Assembly: GCF_001194135.2 (NCBI RefSeq)
Contig: NC_068995.1
Span: forward strand, 40,583,276 to 40,647,275
Length of the DNA: 64,000 nucleotides
Source of the DNA: Octopus bimaculoides
Taxonomy: Eukaryota
Direction: 5' to 3'
The translations under genes and the position numbers were made by a program. The notes under the pieces were generated by a model. It did no database searches. It was given only the letters and a program-made list of their open reading frames with translations, and was not told where the DNA came from. Within the stretch, counting starts at the first letter, position 1, and every line of letters starts with the position of its first letter. Of this stretch, positions 1 to 13,671 are shown one piece after another.

Positions 1-15
1 ATATATATATATATA

Positions 16-46
16 TTAGGTTGGCAACTGAGTTGTGGTATTTTCG
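16..46 (+). mobile_element. Possible isolated mariner-type terminal inverted repeat
   Basis: (TA)n is followed by TTAGGTTGGCAAC, resembling mariner TIR starts. No partner TIR found. Confidence 0.3.
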
Positions 47-384
47 TTACACCGAAATAGGGACGTATCAGATGTTGAAGGAAGAATTAAGGAAATTGCT
101 TTACAGAACCTATAATTACATCGCAGAAGAGATATTTAATAACATACAAAACCTGTTGAATCAAATTTCAATTTCTTAATCGATATGTCAACATTTTTAT
201 CGCCCCACTGCGGCTTACTCACTTTCACAGTGTCAGTGACCAGGTCCCTGTAAGGTGAGGAAATTTTTGTGAATTTAGTATTGCTACGCCTCTATTTCTC
301 TGTCTGTCTGTCTCTTTGTCTGTCTATCTGTCTGTCTCTCTCTCTGTCTTTCTCTCCCTACTGCTACTACAGCAATCTCGGACC

Positions 385-688
385 TAGCAAAATATTCTTC
401 AAGAAATTAATTTTTATAATTGGTTTGTCACCTTATGTAATCTCGATTTACTCGTTGCCATACTTCACTAACCATATTGTTCCCTGTTCCCCGTTACGTA
501 CATGGATTTTTGCCTCAGTGTATGTCTGTCGTCTGGAAATCTTACTCCAGCCATTGTTTTACTTGCACCCGTCAACTTATAACGTTGATCTCATCGGTCC
601 GAGAGGAGCTGGCACGGCCATGGGTGGCAGCCCTTCACTCCAGATCAAACCAATTATAGAAATAAATTTCTGAAAAAATATTTTGCTA
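385..688. mobile_element. MITE-like element with ~41-43 bp imperfect TIRs and TA flanks
   Basis: 387-427 GCAAAATATTCTTCAAGAAATTAATTTTTATAATTGGTTTG is the near reverse complement of 646-686. TA lies on both outer sides. Confidence 0.6.
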
Positions 689-689
689 C

Positions 690-1035
690 TTTTGGCACAA
701 CGTTACCAACTTTGAAGGGAGAAAGTGCAAGTCGATAACATCGACCCAGTATTTTACTGGTACTTTGTTATGAAGCCTGAGAAAGGATGAAAGATAAAGT
801 TGACCTTGGCGGAATTTGAGATCAATACATAAATAGCCTGAAGAAATGACGATGCGCTTATGATTTTGTTAGCTCAAAGTGTTAGCAACACCGAAAGGGA
901 AGTTAAGTCGTTTACATCGACCCACGTGATCAAATAGTTCTTGCTTCATCGATCCCAAAAGATGAAAGGTAAAGTCGATATAGGCGGAACGTAAAAATGG
1001 GCGAAATACCGCTAAGCATTTTGCTTAGCGTGCTT
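690..1035 (-). mobile_element. Two degenerate tandem SINE family A copies (690-835, 885-1035)
   Basis: Match to the window-wide consensus gtcgattacatcgacccc...aaggatgaaaggcaaagtcgacctcggcggaatttgaactc. Confidence 0.7.
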
Positions 1036-1731
1036 TAAATTTCCGAAAATAATGATAATTATTTCGTAACCACAAGCGATTTGATTGTTGTTGTTAAAAG
1101 TTTGAGCAGATCTGTGATCGAAAGCTTTCCTACGGCGGCCACCCTGTCGAATGCAATGTATCTAAGATTACATTAAGCCATGTATCAGTTTATTTTTCTT
1201 TGAGTCGGAAGTTTTGTCAGCAATTCCTAACAGCTCGAAACTAGCACCTTCATATTACTATTGAATTCTAAGAAAAGGGTAAAAATATTAGAGGAATACA
1301 AGAGCTGCATTCTGTGCTACACGTTTACTTCTTTGAGAATTTACCAAATTTTTCCAAGAAAACACGCATAATATAAAACTCCAGAACATGGTATAAAGAT
1401 CGAAGAAGAGAATGGTAGTGAAGTTGTATATTGTACAATTCTGACCAACGCCTACAGACCTCGAAGTACCGTGAATGCATGTTTGAGTGTGTATGTGTGT
1501 GATAAAAGTGGGGCGGAGTAGAGAGAAAACAAAAGGTAATATAGTTGATTCCATTGGTAATTCATCATGATTGGTAGAAAATCTTTTAGTAACACACCCA
1601 CACCATTTATTGCGAAAATCAAAGGTCGAAGGTTATTTTCTTTTCGTCACTTTTTTTTTATTGTTGATCGCTTTTCAGGAGTTGGCGAACAGGCAAAATA
1701 AGAGAAATTAAGAATGTACGTGTGTGTGCGT

Positions 1732-1772
<41 letters not shown>

Positions 1773-1843
1773 CACGCGCAATTTGACAAGCTTGCAAAAT
1801 ATCGAAAACAGAAATATACATACAACAAAAATGAATCCCAAAG

Positions 1844-1879
<36 letters not shown>

Positions 1880-2404
1880 GTCAGAAAGAGAGAGTGAGAG
1901 AGAAGGAAAGAGAGAGAGAGAGAGAGAAAGAGAGGTTGTCAGCACTATGATATCGACCAAATATCACAATAACTTACTTTACAAACTTAAAATAGCCAAT
2001 AAGTATGTTTAATAGCAAGGTTTACTCCCAAAAGTGATCAAACAGAAACTTGCATTGCCTGTCATTGCTAGACTTACTATCAAAGGTTATCGACATATCT
2101 AAGTAAGAAAGGTCACCTGTCATTTTTTTTATCCATCATTCTCTTGATTCTCGCCCTTCCCATTTCCTTTTCCTTTCTTCCTTTCGTTCTTCAGTCTGCG
2201 TTTTTTCTTTTTCTCCTTTCCTCCCCTTATCTCTAACTCCGAGGTAGTTTACTATAACTGTTGATTGCTAAAAGGAAGATGTCGTGAGACGTTCTTATTA
2301 TTTGTGTGTTGTTGTTACCCAAGAGTGGTGAAGGGACAGAATCGTTACAATGTCCGCTCCACCCACCCCTACACTCCAACAAAATGCTCATTTTGCTTTC
2401 AGAT

Positions 2405-2591
2405 ATTCTTTTATTCTTTTACTTGTTTCAGTCATTTTGACTGGGGCCATGCCCCGCCTTAAAGAACTTATTCTTTGTAAACCTAGTACTTATTGTATCG
2501 GTTACTTTTTCCGATGTTGGTGTATTTACGTCCCCGTAAATACACCCAAGATCAACTGTCAAGCGATGGTGAGGGTGCGCAAACACAGACA

Positions 2592-2622
<31 letters not shown>

Positions 2623-2860
2623 TACGTTCATCGTAATTTGAATTTAATATATAGGCTTCTTCAGTTTCCGACTACCAAATCCACTCACAAAGCTTTGGTC
2701 GGCCCGTGGCTATAGTAGAAGACATTTGTCCAGGATGCCACGAAGTGGAACTGAACCCGNNNNNNNNNNGTAGAAGACATTTGTCCAGGATGCCACGAAG
2801 TGGAACTGAACCCGGAACCATGTGGTTGTGAAGCAAGCTTCTTACCACACAGCCATGTCT
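2405..2860 (-). mobile_element. SINE family C (tRNA-like head, CORE-like motif, internal microsatellite)
   Basis: Reverse complement of the family C consensus seen at 13672 and 15899. Internal (CA)n and a (ctttta)n tail. Confidence 0.85.
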
Positions 2861-4161
2861 ATCCAATATATTCTTCCTTTTTTCTGTAATTTAAAAGTTA
2901 CTATTTCTAGCAAGTTTGATTGATCATATATTGTTGCTGTTGTTGTCTGCCACACTACTACTACTACTACTACTACTGCTGCTGCTACTGTAGATGTTGT
3001 TCAGAACTGTACAATATACAACTTCGTTACCATTCTCTTCGATTTTTATACACTTCTGAAGTTTATATCATGTTTGTGTTTCTTTGTAATAGTTTGGTAA
3101 ACTCTCAAACTTTTATACTTGTCCCTCTCGTATCTTTGCCCTTTTCTTCGAATTCAATAAGGATAAGGAACTCTTAAAGAAGGAATTAAGCACTAGTTCA
3201 AATTGCTACTACTACTACTACGACTATTACGTCTCCTCTTCCTCCTCCTCCTTTTTCTTTTATGATGGATAGGTTCATTAGTTACCGTTTCTGTTGTTCT
3301 TATAAGCACTTACGTCTCCACAAATTCACAAATCTGAAACACGACATTATTTACAATCAAATCAAAACTCTTAATTTTTGGTTTCCATTCTAATGGTGGA
3401 TGGACGTTATGAGACTACGTTTCTGTAACAAACGCAATAAAATTATATTTAACCATCAAATAATTGTAAATTACGATGGACAGTACCTCCGAGCACATTT
3501 CTGGACTTTTCTCCTTGTTGTATATGCTCCACAATAACCGGTCAAGAATTTAGCTTTTATTGTAGAGGAGCCATTCGCGTTCCTTACTGCGGCTTTTTGG
3601 TTCCTATAAGTTGTGTTGTTTCATGCCAACACAAAAAAAGACTAATGCTTCAGCAGGCGTTTTTAGTGTTTATGTTTTTCCTCACCTAAATGCAAATCTA
3701 GAAAGTATAAGAAATAGGTGAAATGAAATAACGACAGTGGGATAATTGAAACAGTGTCGTTGACACAACCGTTTCAGTATTGACATTCCAAGCATGAATT
3801 ACTAACTGTAGCCATTGATGAAGATTGGACCGAGGCGCATGCGCACATCAAAAATATAAAATAGAATATAAAATAGAATATTCCTTTTGTTAGATAAATA
3901 TTAAGTTTCATTCGTTGTCGTAATTGTCCTCGTCTGGAAGCCACCAATAGAACCATATAAATAAATCTTGTACGATGTCTTGGAATTACCATATTCCAGT
4001 TGGCGAAACTGATCTATGTAGAACACATTAAATTACGTCGTAAAAATTACTTTCCTTCTGTAAAAGGAGAAACGACATCAAGAAACAGGAGAAGAGAAAC
4101 GTGCCGAATAGTAAGAGAGGAACAAATAAGAATGACTTCGAAAAGATTTCCTGAAGAAAAG

Positions 4162-4277
<116 letters not shown>

Positions 4278-4592
4278 GAAATGGGATTGAATGAGAGTTC
4301 GGTAACTATATTTATGTATAATCTACTACGATAAGTAATTACATTTAAAGTATTCACTTCCCAAGATCACACACACATACACAATGTAGGGAGATAGATA
4401 TATTTCTATTACATAATGGTACACTACATGTGTACACACACACACACACACACATATATACATGTATGTATAAATATATACATACACACACGCGCGCATA
4501 CACACACATATATATATATATATATACATACGTGCTCACACACACACGCATATGTATATGCATATACATATATAAATACATACATATATATA

Positions 4593-4830
4593 TGCACTCA
4601 CGGTTGCGAGATCGTAGATTCGATTCCCAGACCGAGCGTTGCGTTGTGTTTTTGAGCAAAGCCTTTCCATTTCACGTTGCTCCGCGATCATTTCGACATG
4701 TGACACCCAGTTGCACCTGTACAGGTAATGTTGATCTGGTGGAGGGAGTGAGCTTATGTCTACATAAACCTTTGATCATTATAAACAAATCATCTGTGTG
4801 GTTGTTCGGTAAGATATTGTCGAACCCTCA
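4593..4830 (+). mobile_element. SINE with family E head and a distinct tail
   Basis: ttcgattcccagaccg...gttgtgtttttgagcaaag...atttcacgttgctcc is shared with 28325 and 33956. The 3' part differs. Confidence 0.6.
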
Positions 4831-5587
4831 TGCATCGTATATATATATANNNNNNNNNNNNNNNNNNNNNNNNNNNNNNNNNNNNNNNNNNNNNNNNNNN
4901 NNNNNNNNNNNNNNNNNNNNNNNNNNNNNNNNNNNNNNNNNNNNNNNNNNNNNNNNNNNNNNNNNNNNNNNNNNNNNNNNNNNNNNNNNNNNNNNNNNNN
5001 NNNNNNNNNNNNNNNNNNNNNNNNNNNNNNNNNNNNNNNNNNNNNNNNNNNNNNNNNNNNNNNNNNNNNNNNNNNNNNNNNNNNNNNNNNNNNNNNNNNN
5101 NNNNNNNNNNNNNNNNNNNNNNNNNNNNNNNNNNNNNNNNNNNNNNNNNNNNNNNNNNNNNNNNNNNNNNNNNNNNNNNNNNNNNNNNNNNNNNNNNNNN
5201 NNNNNNNNNNNNNNNNNNNNNNNNNNNNNNNNNNNNNNNNNNNNNNNNNNNNNNNNNNNNNNNNNNNNNNNNNNNNNNNNNNNNNNNNNNNNNNNNNNNN
5301 NNNNNNNNNNNNNNNNNNNNNNNNNNNNNNNNNNNNNNNNNNNNNNNNNNNNNNNNNNNNNNNNNNNNNNNNNNNNNNNNNNNNNNNNNNNNNNNNNNNN
5401 NNNNNNNNNNNNNNNNNNNNNNNNNNNNNNNNNNNNNNNNNNNNNNNNNNNNNNNNNNNNNNNNNNNNNNNNNNNNNNNNNNNNNNNNNNNNNNNNNNNN
5501 NNNNNNNNNNNNNNNNNNNNNNNNNNNNNNNNNNNNNNNNNNNNNNNNNNNNNNNNNNNNNNNNNNNNNNNNNNNNNNNNNNNNNNT

Positions 5588-6230
5588 CGTGTACCGAAAA
5601 ACCACCAGAAATCGCATCCATAGGACCATGGCTTCCGTGCGATAACCCCTGAAACTGCCTCCTCACTGGAGTTTGAGGCTTCAATGGGCCCAAGAATACA
5701 TGACATCAGACATGAGTTGTATTATGTTCACTGACGAAACCAGAGTACGAACCTGACGGTTGGGCAAATGGTTGGGTCTATTTTGGAGATGAGCGTCACC
5801 AATGTTTACGACGTAAACAACAGGGTGGACGAGTCATTTTGTGGGCTGATATCATTGGAGACACACTTGTTGGCCCAGTCAGGATGCCTGAAGAGGTTAA
5901 AGTGACCGCAGCCGCCTACTGTAATCTCCTGAAGGAGGCCTTCCACTCTGCTAGGACCACCCAAACATTCCTAAAGTCTTACGGCATACGAGGTAAAAGG
6001 TTGATGGTGTGGCCGCAAGCATCCCCGGATCTCAACCCTATCGAAAATCTTCGGTCCATCATTAAACAAGATATTTATGCTGATGAATGCTGATTTACGT
6101 CGGAAAATGTCTTATGGGCGACCATCAAAGCTGCAGCAGAAGCAGTCCAACCTGTTACTATTCAAAAATTTACAGATTCCATGAGTAATATGGTTTTTTA
6201 AGTTATCCGTCGAAATGGCATTCATGAGGC
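5588..6230 (+). mobile_element. Tc1-family DDE transposase relic (pseudogene)
   Basis: Frameshifted translation gives LRLQWAQEY..MFTDETR..PDGWANGW..RRKQQGGRVILWADIIG..LVGP..WPQASPDLNPIENL. The QDN (second catalytic Asp) segment is deleted, and the 5' end is hidden in a gap. Confidence 0.9.
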
Positions 6231-6859
6231 TAAATTCATTATGTCAATAAATGTTATAATATTATTATGGTTTTATGTCAAATATATACGCAATGTATGC
6301 TTAATATGTTCCATTACCCTTCATTTTCTGGAAAAAAAAAATGTCTAGATGGGCTATTTTCATTCAAAAGCTATTAGTGTGGTTCACCCGAAAACTGAAG
6401 AATCTGAAATAAAAAAAAAAAAGGATGTTGCACAGGATAATGAAAACATAACAACGGTGTAGCCATAGTGAGCAAACCAGCTGGGAAAAGTTTTATCAAA
6501 ATCGATTCACAGAAAACTGAGAAATCATAAATTACACTCCTAAGCTACTGGTGTGGATCTGAGTATATATATATATATATATATATACGTATACATATAT
6601 ATATATATATACANNNNNNNNNNNNNNNNNNNNNNNNNNNNNNNNNNNNNNNNNNNNNNNNNNNNNNNNNNNNNNNNNNNNNNNNNNNNNNNNNNNNNNN
6701 NNNNNNNNNNNNNTATATATATATATATATATATGTTTCTGGTAATATCTCTGTCTTTTAGGCGATATCTCTGTCTTCAAAGGGATATCGCTATCTTCTA
6801 GATACTATCACTGTCTTCTAAGGGATATCATTGTCTACCGCCTAAATAATCCTTTCTAC

Positions 6860-7060
6860 TAAAGGCACAGGGTCTAAAATTGTGGTGTTGGGGTAAGTCA
6901 ATTACATCGACCCCAGTGCGTAACTGGTATCTATTTTATCGACCCCCAAATGATGAAAGCAAATTTGACCACGGCGGAATTTGAACTCAGACCGTAAGGA
7001 CGAACGAAGTGACGCTAAACATTTCGGTCGGCGTGCTAACGATTCTGCCAGCTCGCCGGG
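6860..7060 (-). mobile_element. SINE family A, near full length
   Basis: The minus strand starts cggcgagctggcagaatcgttagc (A-box-like) and contains gagttcaaattcc (B-box-like). Confidence 0.85.
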
Positions 7061-7899
7061 TTAAATACTACTAATAATAACAGCGTAACATAATTTTTGT
7101 CCTTGGGCAGCAACTGCTATTTCCTATTTACATGCCCCTAGGAAATATGAAAAAATGGCTAACATTTCCTTCAAACCCCAAAGAATCCCTCAACACATGG
7201 CTATGATGCTCCCCCATTACACCTGCTCATGATCAAAGATGCATGTATTGTCAGCCACTAACGGACATGCTCAAGTGGTTGAGGTCAAGCAACTGATAAG
7301 TAAATCTGTGATATTGAGCAGAATCTTTGCTATAACAATAATTCTGCTTCAGTAACTCAGCGCCGAATCTGCTTGAAATGTAATGGAAAATAGGTCAATT
7401 TCAGAATATTGATGCGCAGGTCACAAAGTTTGTCAGCAACAGAAGTCATTTCCTTTGATTTCTAAATGAAAGCAAGTAGGAAATAATACTAACCAAAGAC
7501 AAAAGAAGAAAAAAAAATATTAGTGTACATGGTATTCTGGAAGATGGTAAAGATGATTCAAGTGAATCTTAGCTTGTGATAAGTGCTTATTTTATCCCGT
7601 CCGTAAGGCTGAAAGCTGAACCCAGAAACATTTAATCAAAGTACGAAAGGACAAATTCCTCGATACTTTACGTCATTTTGTCTTTCTGATGTTCCATTAG
7701 TTCTGCCTTATATCACCAACGGAAGAATTCCCTTCCACTAATATAGACCAACGTGTAGACCAAAGAGGAGGCATCAGAATGGTCCCTCGACCTGTTAGGT
7801 GTAGCATTCATATTTCTTGCATATCATACCTTGCCATCAAAAATAATAAATACTCATTATGTACACAGATTATACCTCCGTACAGTATTTATTAGGTCA

Positions 7900-9300
7900 G
7901 CAGATAGTGATTAAATTAAATGCCCATTTTCTTGTTGACATACACGACATGTTGGGTAGCCGCCATTCTTTAATATGTTGGCCTGGTAGTCTCTTGTAGG
8001 TAGGCATTGATCTTAGGCTGCTATGATAAACCCTTCTTTTTCTGATTTTAAGCCAGAAGCCATTAATCATTCATGAGTAAGGGCTTTGTCAACATCGGCA
8101 TTATTCGCTCTCTTTGGGTATTTGGCATTGAGAAGTTCTTCTTGCCATTCATCAGTAAGAATATCCAAGGCAGCAATTTAAGCACGGGTTTTCATGCGCT
8201 TAGCTTTTTCTGCGCTTGTTTCTAGTAGTCTAATTCTGGAATTTGTTGTATTCGGAATTCACTTAGATATTCCTTTGCCTGTTTTGTTACTGAGTAAGAT
8301 GCTTTCTTGTTTTCATATTTTGAGACAAGTTTTAACAACCAGTCCTCAGAGTTTTTCAGGTTGGTGTCTAGGCCAACTGTGGCAATCTTCATTCAGGATT
8401 CCAGTTGTAAAAGTCCACGGCCTCCCTCTTTTCTTGGCAGATAAAGTTGTTCTATATCTGCCCTAGGGTGGTGCATTCTATGCATTGTCAAAAAGTTTCG
8501 TATTTTTCTGTCAAGATTACATATTTCAGTAATTGACCAGTTAATGATATTGAAACTGTAAGTGACGACTGGTATGGCTAAAATATTGATCGCTTCGATC
8601 CTCTTTCTTGCATTCACCTCTGTCTTAAGTATTACTCTTACCATACGATAACATTCTCTTCTGATCATTTCCCTCATCACTGAATTTTTGACTCCGTCCC
8701 CTTCAAATACCCCTAGGTATATGTAGCAGTCCGCTGGTTCTGACCCCTTTATGACATTCTGCTGGTCATGGTTAACGTTAGGGGCTTCTGTCATTTTCCC
8801 TTTAATAAAGGTAGCTTTTGCACATTTATCGGGGCCAAATTGCATCCTGATGTCATCACTGAATTGTTTAACAATCGCTAGTAAGCCCTGTAGTTGATGG
8901 TCATTTTTTGCAAAAAGCTTTAAATCATCCATGTAAATGAGATGATTTATATTTTTAGCAAACACTTTATAACCATACTGTGCATCATTGAGCAATTTTG
9001 AGAGAGGTATTAGGGCTAGGCAAAAGAGGAGTGGTGATAGTGAGTCACCCTGGAAAATGCCACATGAAATTCTTACATCTCCAGCATTTAGGGATTCATT
9101 GTCACTGTTCAAAATCAGTGTGTTTCTCTGTGATCTCATACTTACAGACGAAAACCTTCGCAGAGTAGGAGCTATTTTATACATTTCCAGATATTTCTTG
9201 ATCCAGATATGTAGTACACTATCAAAAGCATTTTTATAGTCTATCCAAGCTATCGACAAGTTTTTGTGTCGTTTGTGAGAATCTTCCTAGATCATCTTAA
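7900..9300 (-). mobile_element. Dong/R4-clade non-LTR retrotransposon RT plus zinc-knuckle region (truncated)
   Basis: ORF 8393-9259 has WIDYKNAFDSV, GIFQGDSLSPLLF, YMDDLKLF and LYLPRKEGGRGL. Downstream frames give LKSEKEGFIIAA*DQCLPTRDY...CRVC, the typical R4 C-terminal context. Confidence 0.9.
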
Positions 9301-9435
9301 TGATGAGTAGCTGATCTTTACAACTATAGAGCCCACGTTTACATCTTTTTTACTCATCATCATCATCATCATCATCAGTATTGTTATCATTATCATCATT
9401 ATTATTATTATTATATTATTATTATTATTATCATT

Positions 9436-9630
9436 AGAGCTGGCAGAATCGTTAGCACGCCGGGCGTTACGTCTAGCGTTACGTTCTGAGTTCAAACTCC
9501 GCCGAAGTCGACTTTGCCTTTCATCCTTTCGGGGTCGATTAAATAAGTACCAGTTACGCACTGGAGTCGATGTAATCGACTGAAACCCTTTGTCCTCTAT
9601 GCTTAGCCCCTTGTGGGCAATAAAGAAAAA
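9436..9630 (+). mobile_element. SINE family A with an alternative 3' tail (...agccccttgtgggcaataaag) in an (ATT)n tract
   Basis: Head gagctggcagaatcgttagcacgccggg and B box gagttcaaactcc. The tail resembles 9860-9905 and 46950-47005. Confidence 0.85.
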
Positions 9631-9929
9631 AAATTATCATTATTGTTATTATTACTATTATTATTATTATTAATTGTAATGGTAATCCAAGGCCAGTGCT
9701 GTTTCCTGTTTGTCCTCCTTCTCGAGAGCTGCGTTGCTGTCCTTTCCCTACAGAGACGTTTCATGTCGTTTTTGTTTACACTGTTGGTTTTACATGCCTG
9801 CTTTGTTTTTTTTTTTTTTTTTTGCTTCAACTAGATTTATGTAAAAATTTTAATTTTATTTGTCCCTTCATCCGTCGCCTTTGTGACAAATAAAGAAACG
9901 GATAATTATTATTATTATTATCAATATTA

Positions 9930-9967
<38 letters not shown>

Positions 9968-10833
9968 GGTGTTGCTATTATTAATTTTTATTATCCCCCA
10001 GATCTTCACATCAATCAAATATGGGGAAGGTCGCGCTAAGAATATATTAAGTTAAACTATAAATATACACTAAATCACTTATAGTGATCAGACAGTGTTT
10101 TGTTTTAATTACACTTTTCAAATATGTCGGCTGTAATGAGGAGAGAGAGTGAGAGAATAAGGGAGGATAGGGGTGGGAGAACAAATGTTGTGAAAACAAA
10201 CAGCAGATTGTTCCATGATATCGAAATCTAAATCAATATTTTGTGAGACAGAAAACAAGGGTAGAAAAACGAACAGCTCGACTGTTGAGTGTTCAGTGTT
10301 TATGTTGGCGATGCCTGTTTGATTATAATATCTATTTGTCTGTCTTTCAGCTGTCTGTCTGTCTATCTGTCAGTCTATCTATCTATCTATTTTTCTAACT
10401 ATATATCCATATATATCTATATCCATATATATATATATATATATANNNNNNNNNNNNNNNNNNNNNNNNNNNNNNNNNNNNNNNNNNNNNNNNNNNNNNN
10501 NNNNNNNNNNNNNNNNNNNNNNNNNNNNNNNNNNNNNNNNNNNNNNNNNNNNNNNNNNNNNNNNNNNNNNNNNNNNNNNNNNNNNNNNNNNNNNNNNNNN
10601 NNNNNNNNNNNNNNNNNNNNNNNNNNNNNNNNNNNNNNNNNNNNNNNNNNNNNNNNNNNNNNNNNNNNNNNNNNNNNNNNNNNNNNNNNNNNNNNNNNNN
10701 NNNNNNNNNNNNNNNNNNNNNNNNNNNNNNNNNNNNNNNNNNNNNNNNNNNNNNNNNNNNNNNNNNNNNNNNNNNNNNNNNNNNNNNNNNNNNNNNNNNN
10801 NNNNNNNNNNNNNNNNNNNNNNNNNNNNNNNNN

Positions 10834-10875
<42 letters not shown>

Positions 10876-11129
10876 GTGTGTGTGTGTGTGATATGATATG
10901 ATACATGATATATATATATATATATATTGGCGAAGCTCCATTAGTAGAAAAAAAACTGCCTCGGCCAATATAAAAATATTATTAATCTCTGCTATGCAAC
11001 TGAGTGCTATTTCTTCCAACAGTCAACACTTAACAGATATACATATGTGCATGTTTGTGTGTTAGTGTGTGTATAAATTTGTATAAACATATAAATATAT
11101 GCAAACATGTTCACGCATGTGTGTATGTG

Positions 11130-11167
<38 letters not shown>

Positions 11168-11449
11168 TTGTGTGTTATAAAACACTTCTCGGCACAAGTA
11201 AGTGAAAACGCGCATCTGCACAAGTAAGCGAAAACGCTACACACGCCATTAGCGACGATATATTTTGGAACACCATGTCTCCATGCAATACGCTCTTGTT
11301 GCGTAATATTTACGGCAGAAATGTAACGCTTCTTTCGGAGAATAACGTTGATACAAATGTAAACTGAATAATAAAAGGCAGTGCTACTACTGAGATAAAG
11401 AATTCCGAGCCATGGTCCTTGTGAGTAGTTTTCGAGTTAGAGAAAGAAT

Positions 11450-12440
11450 GCGTGATGAAGAAAAGAGGATTTTTAATTTCTCACTTAAAATATGAGAATC
11501 TGGAACAGGTTTCGCACTTAAAAGAACAGAATATATGTGCTGAGGATAATTTTACAAAATATATTGAAAGATCAGGTTATTGCAGGAAACATTTGAAAAT
11601 CATTTTTATGACTCCTCCAACGATAAAGGCCACATACTCACATAAACCCAATTTCATTTCATGAATAAAGGATGTATTTGTTGACTTGAAAGAATAAATT
11701 CATTATACCAAAGAAAACTTAACGATCTTCCCTCAGTTCCAAATGTTGTTCATTACTCTGTGAAGATTTTTGAGAACTAAAAAATGTGTCCAGGAGGACA
11801 TCTATCGTTTGGGAACGATAAAACGAAGGAACATTTTCATAAACCAATAAGAGACAAAACGAGTTAATGATTAGCTTGATTAAGAATTGAAGAATTCTTT
11901 CCTGCTTTCAGTAATCATTTTGACTTTAAACATAAAATGTTAGGTGAAATCAATGCAGACTCAAAACTGCCATTTAAATAATGTATACATTTTATATTAA
12001 TTCATGACGTCATTTAAAAACGCTTAATATATCGATACAACTGTATTCTATACAGGAACTGAATGGAAATCCAAGACTTCTATAGGCGCATATGCGTGAA
12101 AAAATTGGTAAATTAAATGTAACATAGGGACCTCTTTGATGTACAAATTAACTATTTCAGTAAAGCAACCATAAGAAGACTCGATATAAAAACAATTACA
12201 AATAAATAACGATGAAGTCGACCAATGTAAAACAAGAAAAAAAAATTGTCAACTGAAACTACGCCACTCAAAAACTATATTTTAATAAAGCAATATTAAA
12301 AGCAACTAATTAAAACAACAACCATAGAAAAATGAATGAAGCCTCTTCAATGAATATAAAACTATCTTCAGAATTAAAAGAATACATTTCTCTTCTGATG
12401 ATCGTGGCGGCGTGAAACCCGTGCAATGAAAAAATAACTC
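11450..12440 (+). mobile_element. Highly degenerate Penelope-like element
   Basis: ERSGY...IIFMTPP (cf. PLE SGY...IIWFNPP) and FMTSFKNA*YIDTT (cf. GIY-YIG HxxSF...T.LS). A hammerhead-like CTGATGA...GAAAC lies at ~12397-12425. Confidence 0.4.
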
Positions 12441-12779
12441 TGTTTATATAAATCGCGCTTGCTTGCACACACGCACACATGCGCGCACACTTTTATTTTC
12501 GCCTTGGCTTTAGTCATTGGACTACAGACATAGGATATCACTTTAAAGTATTAAGTCGATCATGGACTTATCTCCGACTGTTACTTAATTTATCGATATC
12601 TATTTGTCGAACCGTTGAGGGACGGACACGGCCTAAAGAATTACATTATAAATACGGATGCAGAAACATGAATACAAATGTTCCTGTCGATCAAATTTTG
12701 CTCACAACATATTGATAAACTGAAAATTATTACAACCTCGTCCTCAGACTACCCGCCATCCAACACAGTCAGGACAGAT

Positions 12780-13128
12780 ATGAAAGAGTAAAGACCCCGC
12801 TTCGGTCAGGAATGACCATGTGATTGCACCTAGAAAATTTCTCCCCCAACTCAAGTCCGGGTAATGTTGTTAATGGAAGGCCAACAGTCGCCCATGCATA
12901 CAAGCCTTCCCTCTCTACGTCACCGATGTTATCCGAGAGAATGGCAAAGGCTGATAGAGCTTGGCACCAGTGACGTTGCAACTCATTTCTGCAGCTGAGT
13001 GAACGGAAGCAACGAGAAAAACAAAGTCTCTTGCTCAAAAACACAACGAATAGCCCAATGCAGGAATCGCGCTAACAACCCCACGATCATAAGCCCGACG
13101 CTCTAGCCACTAAGCCATGCGCCTTCAC
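12780..13128 (-). mobile_element. SINE, family E head plus family G tail
   Basis: Reverse complement aligns with 28325-28665 and 50895-51230 (aaatgagttgcgacgtcac...ccatggtcattc). Confidence 0.8.
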
Positions 13129-13671
13129 TAAGACAGATATAGCTATGAACAATAATAAAGCCTGCATTATAAATAGTTTCATTTTAAAATAATATCTGAG
13201 TTAATGATAAGTGCAGTAGTGCTGCAATTATTTCACCCCTACCAAGTGTACTTCGGTCACCGCTGCAGTAAATATAGACGCGTTTAAAAGAGATTGGACT
13301 CTAGAAATAAAAACAGTATAACAAGATTTTCTCCTTGTACAGTATGCGATACATCACTGCATACCGTTGTACACAGTATGGTCCTCAACTATACTGTCTG
13401 TAGTATTGGATCAGAGGAGAACATCATAAGTCTGACCAAGTAGGCCAAACTTAGGGTTAAACAATAAAAAGAAACCCCACATCACTTCAAAAGTCAATTT
13501 TGTCTTGATACTGCCAGCTAAATACTTTTGTACGAATTAAGTCCAACTTGAAATAAATTGCACGGACAGCATTTTTCTTTCTGTTTCTTTTCATGTCTTG
13601 TACACGACTTTTAGCCAAATACAAATGAATGTTTTCAGAAACAATGGAGATTTTTCAGTTCTTTGTAAATA

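Noticed and set aside
2710-2815. Identical ~45-bp duplication flanking a 10-N gap (also 48580-48710 and 26520-26712)
   Set aside because: Exact repeats on both sides of a gap are typical unmerged contig overlaps, so they are treated as assembly artefacts.
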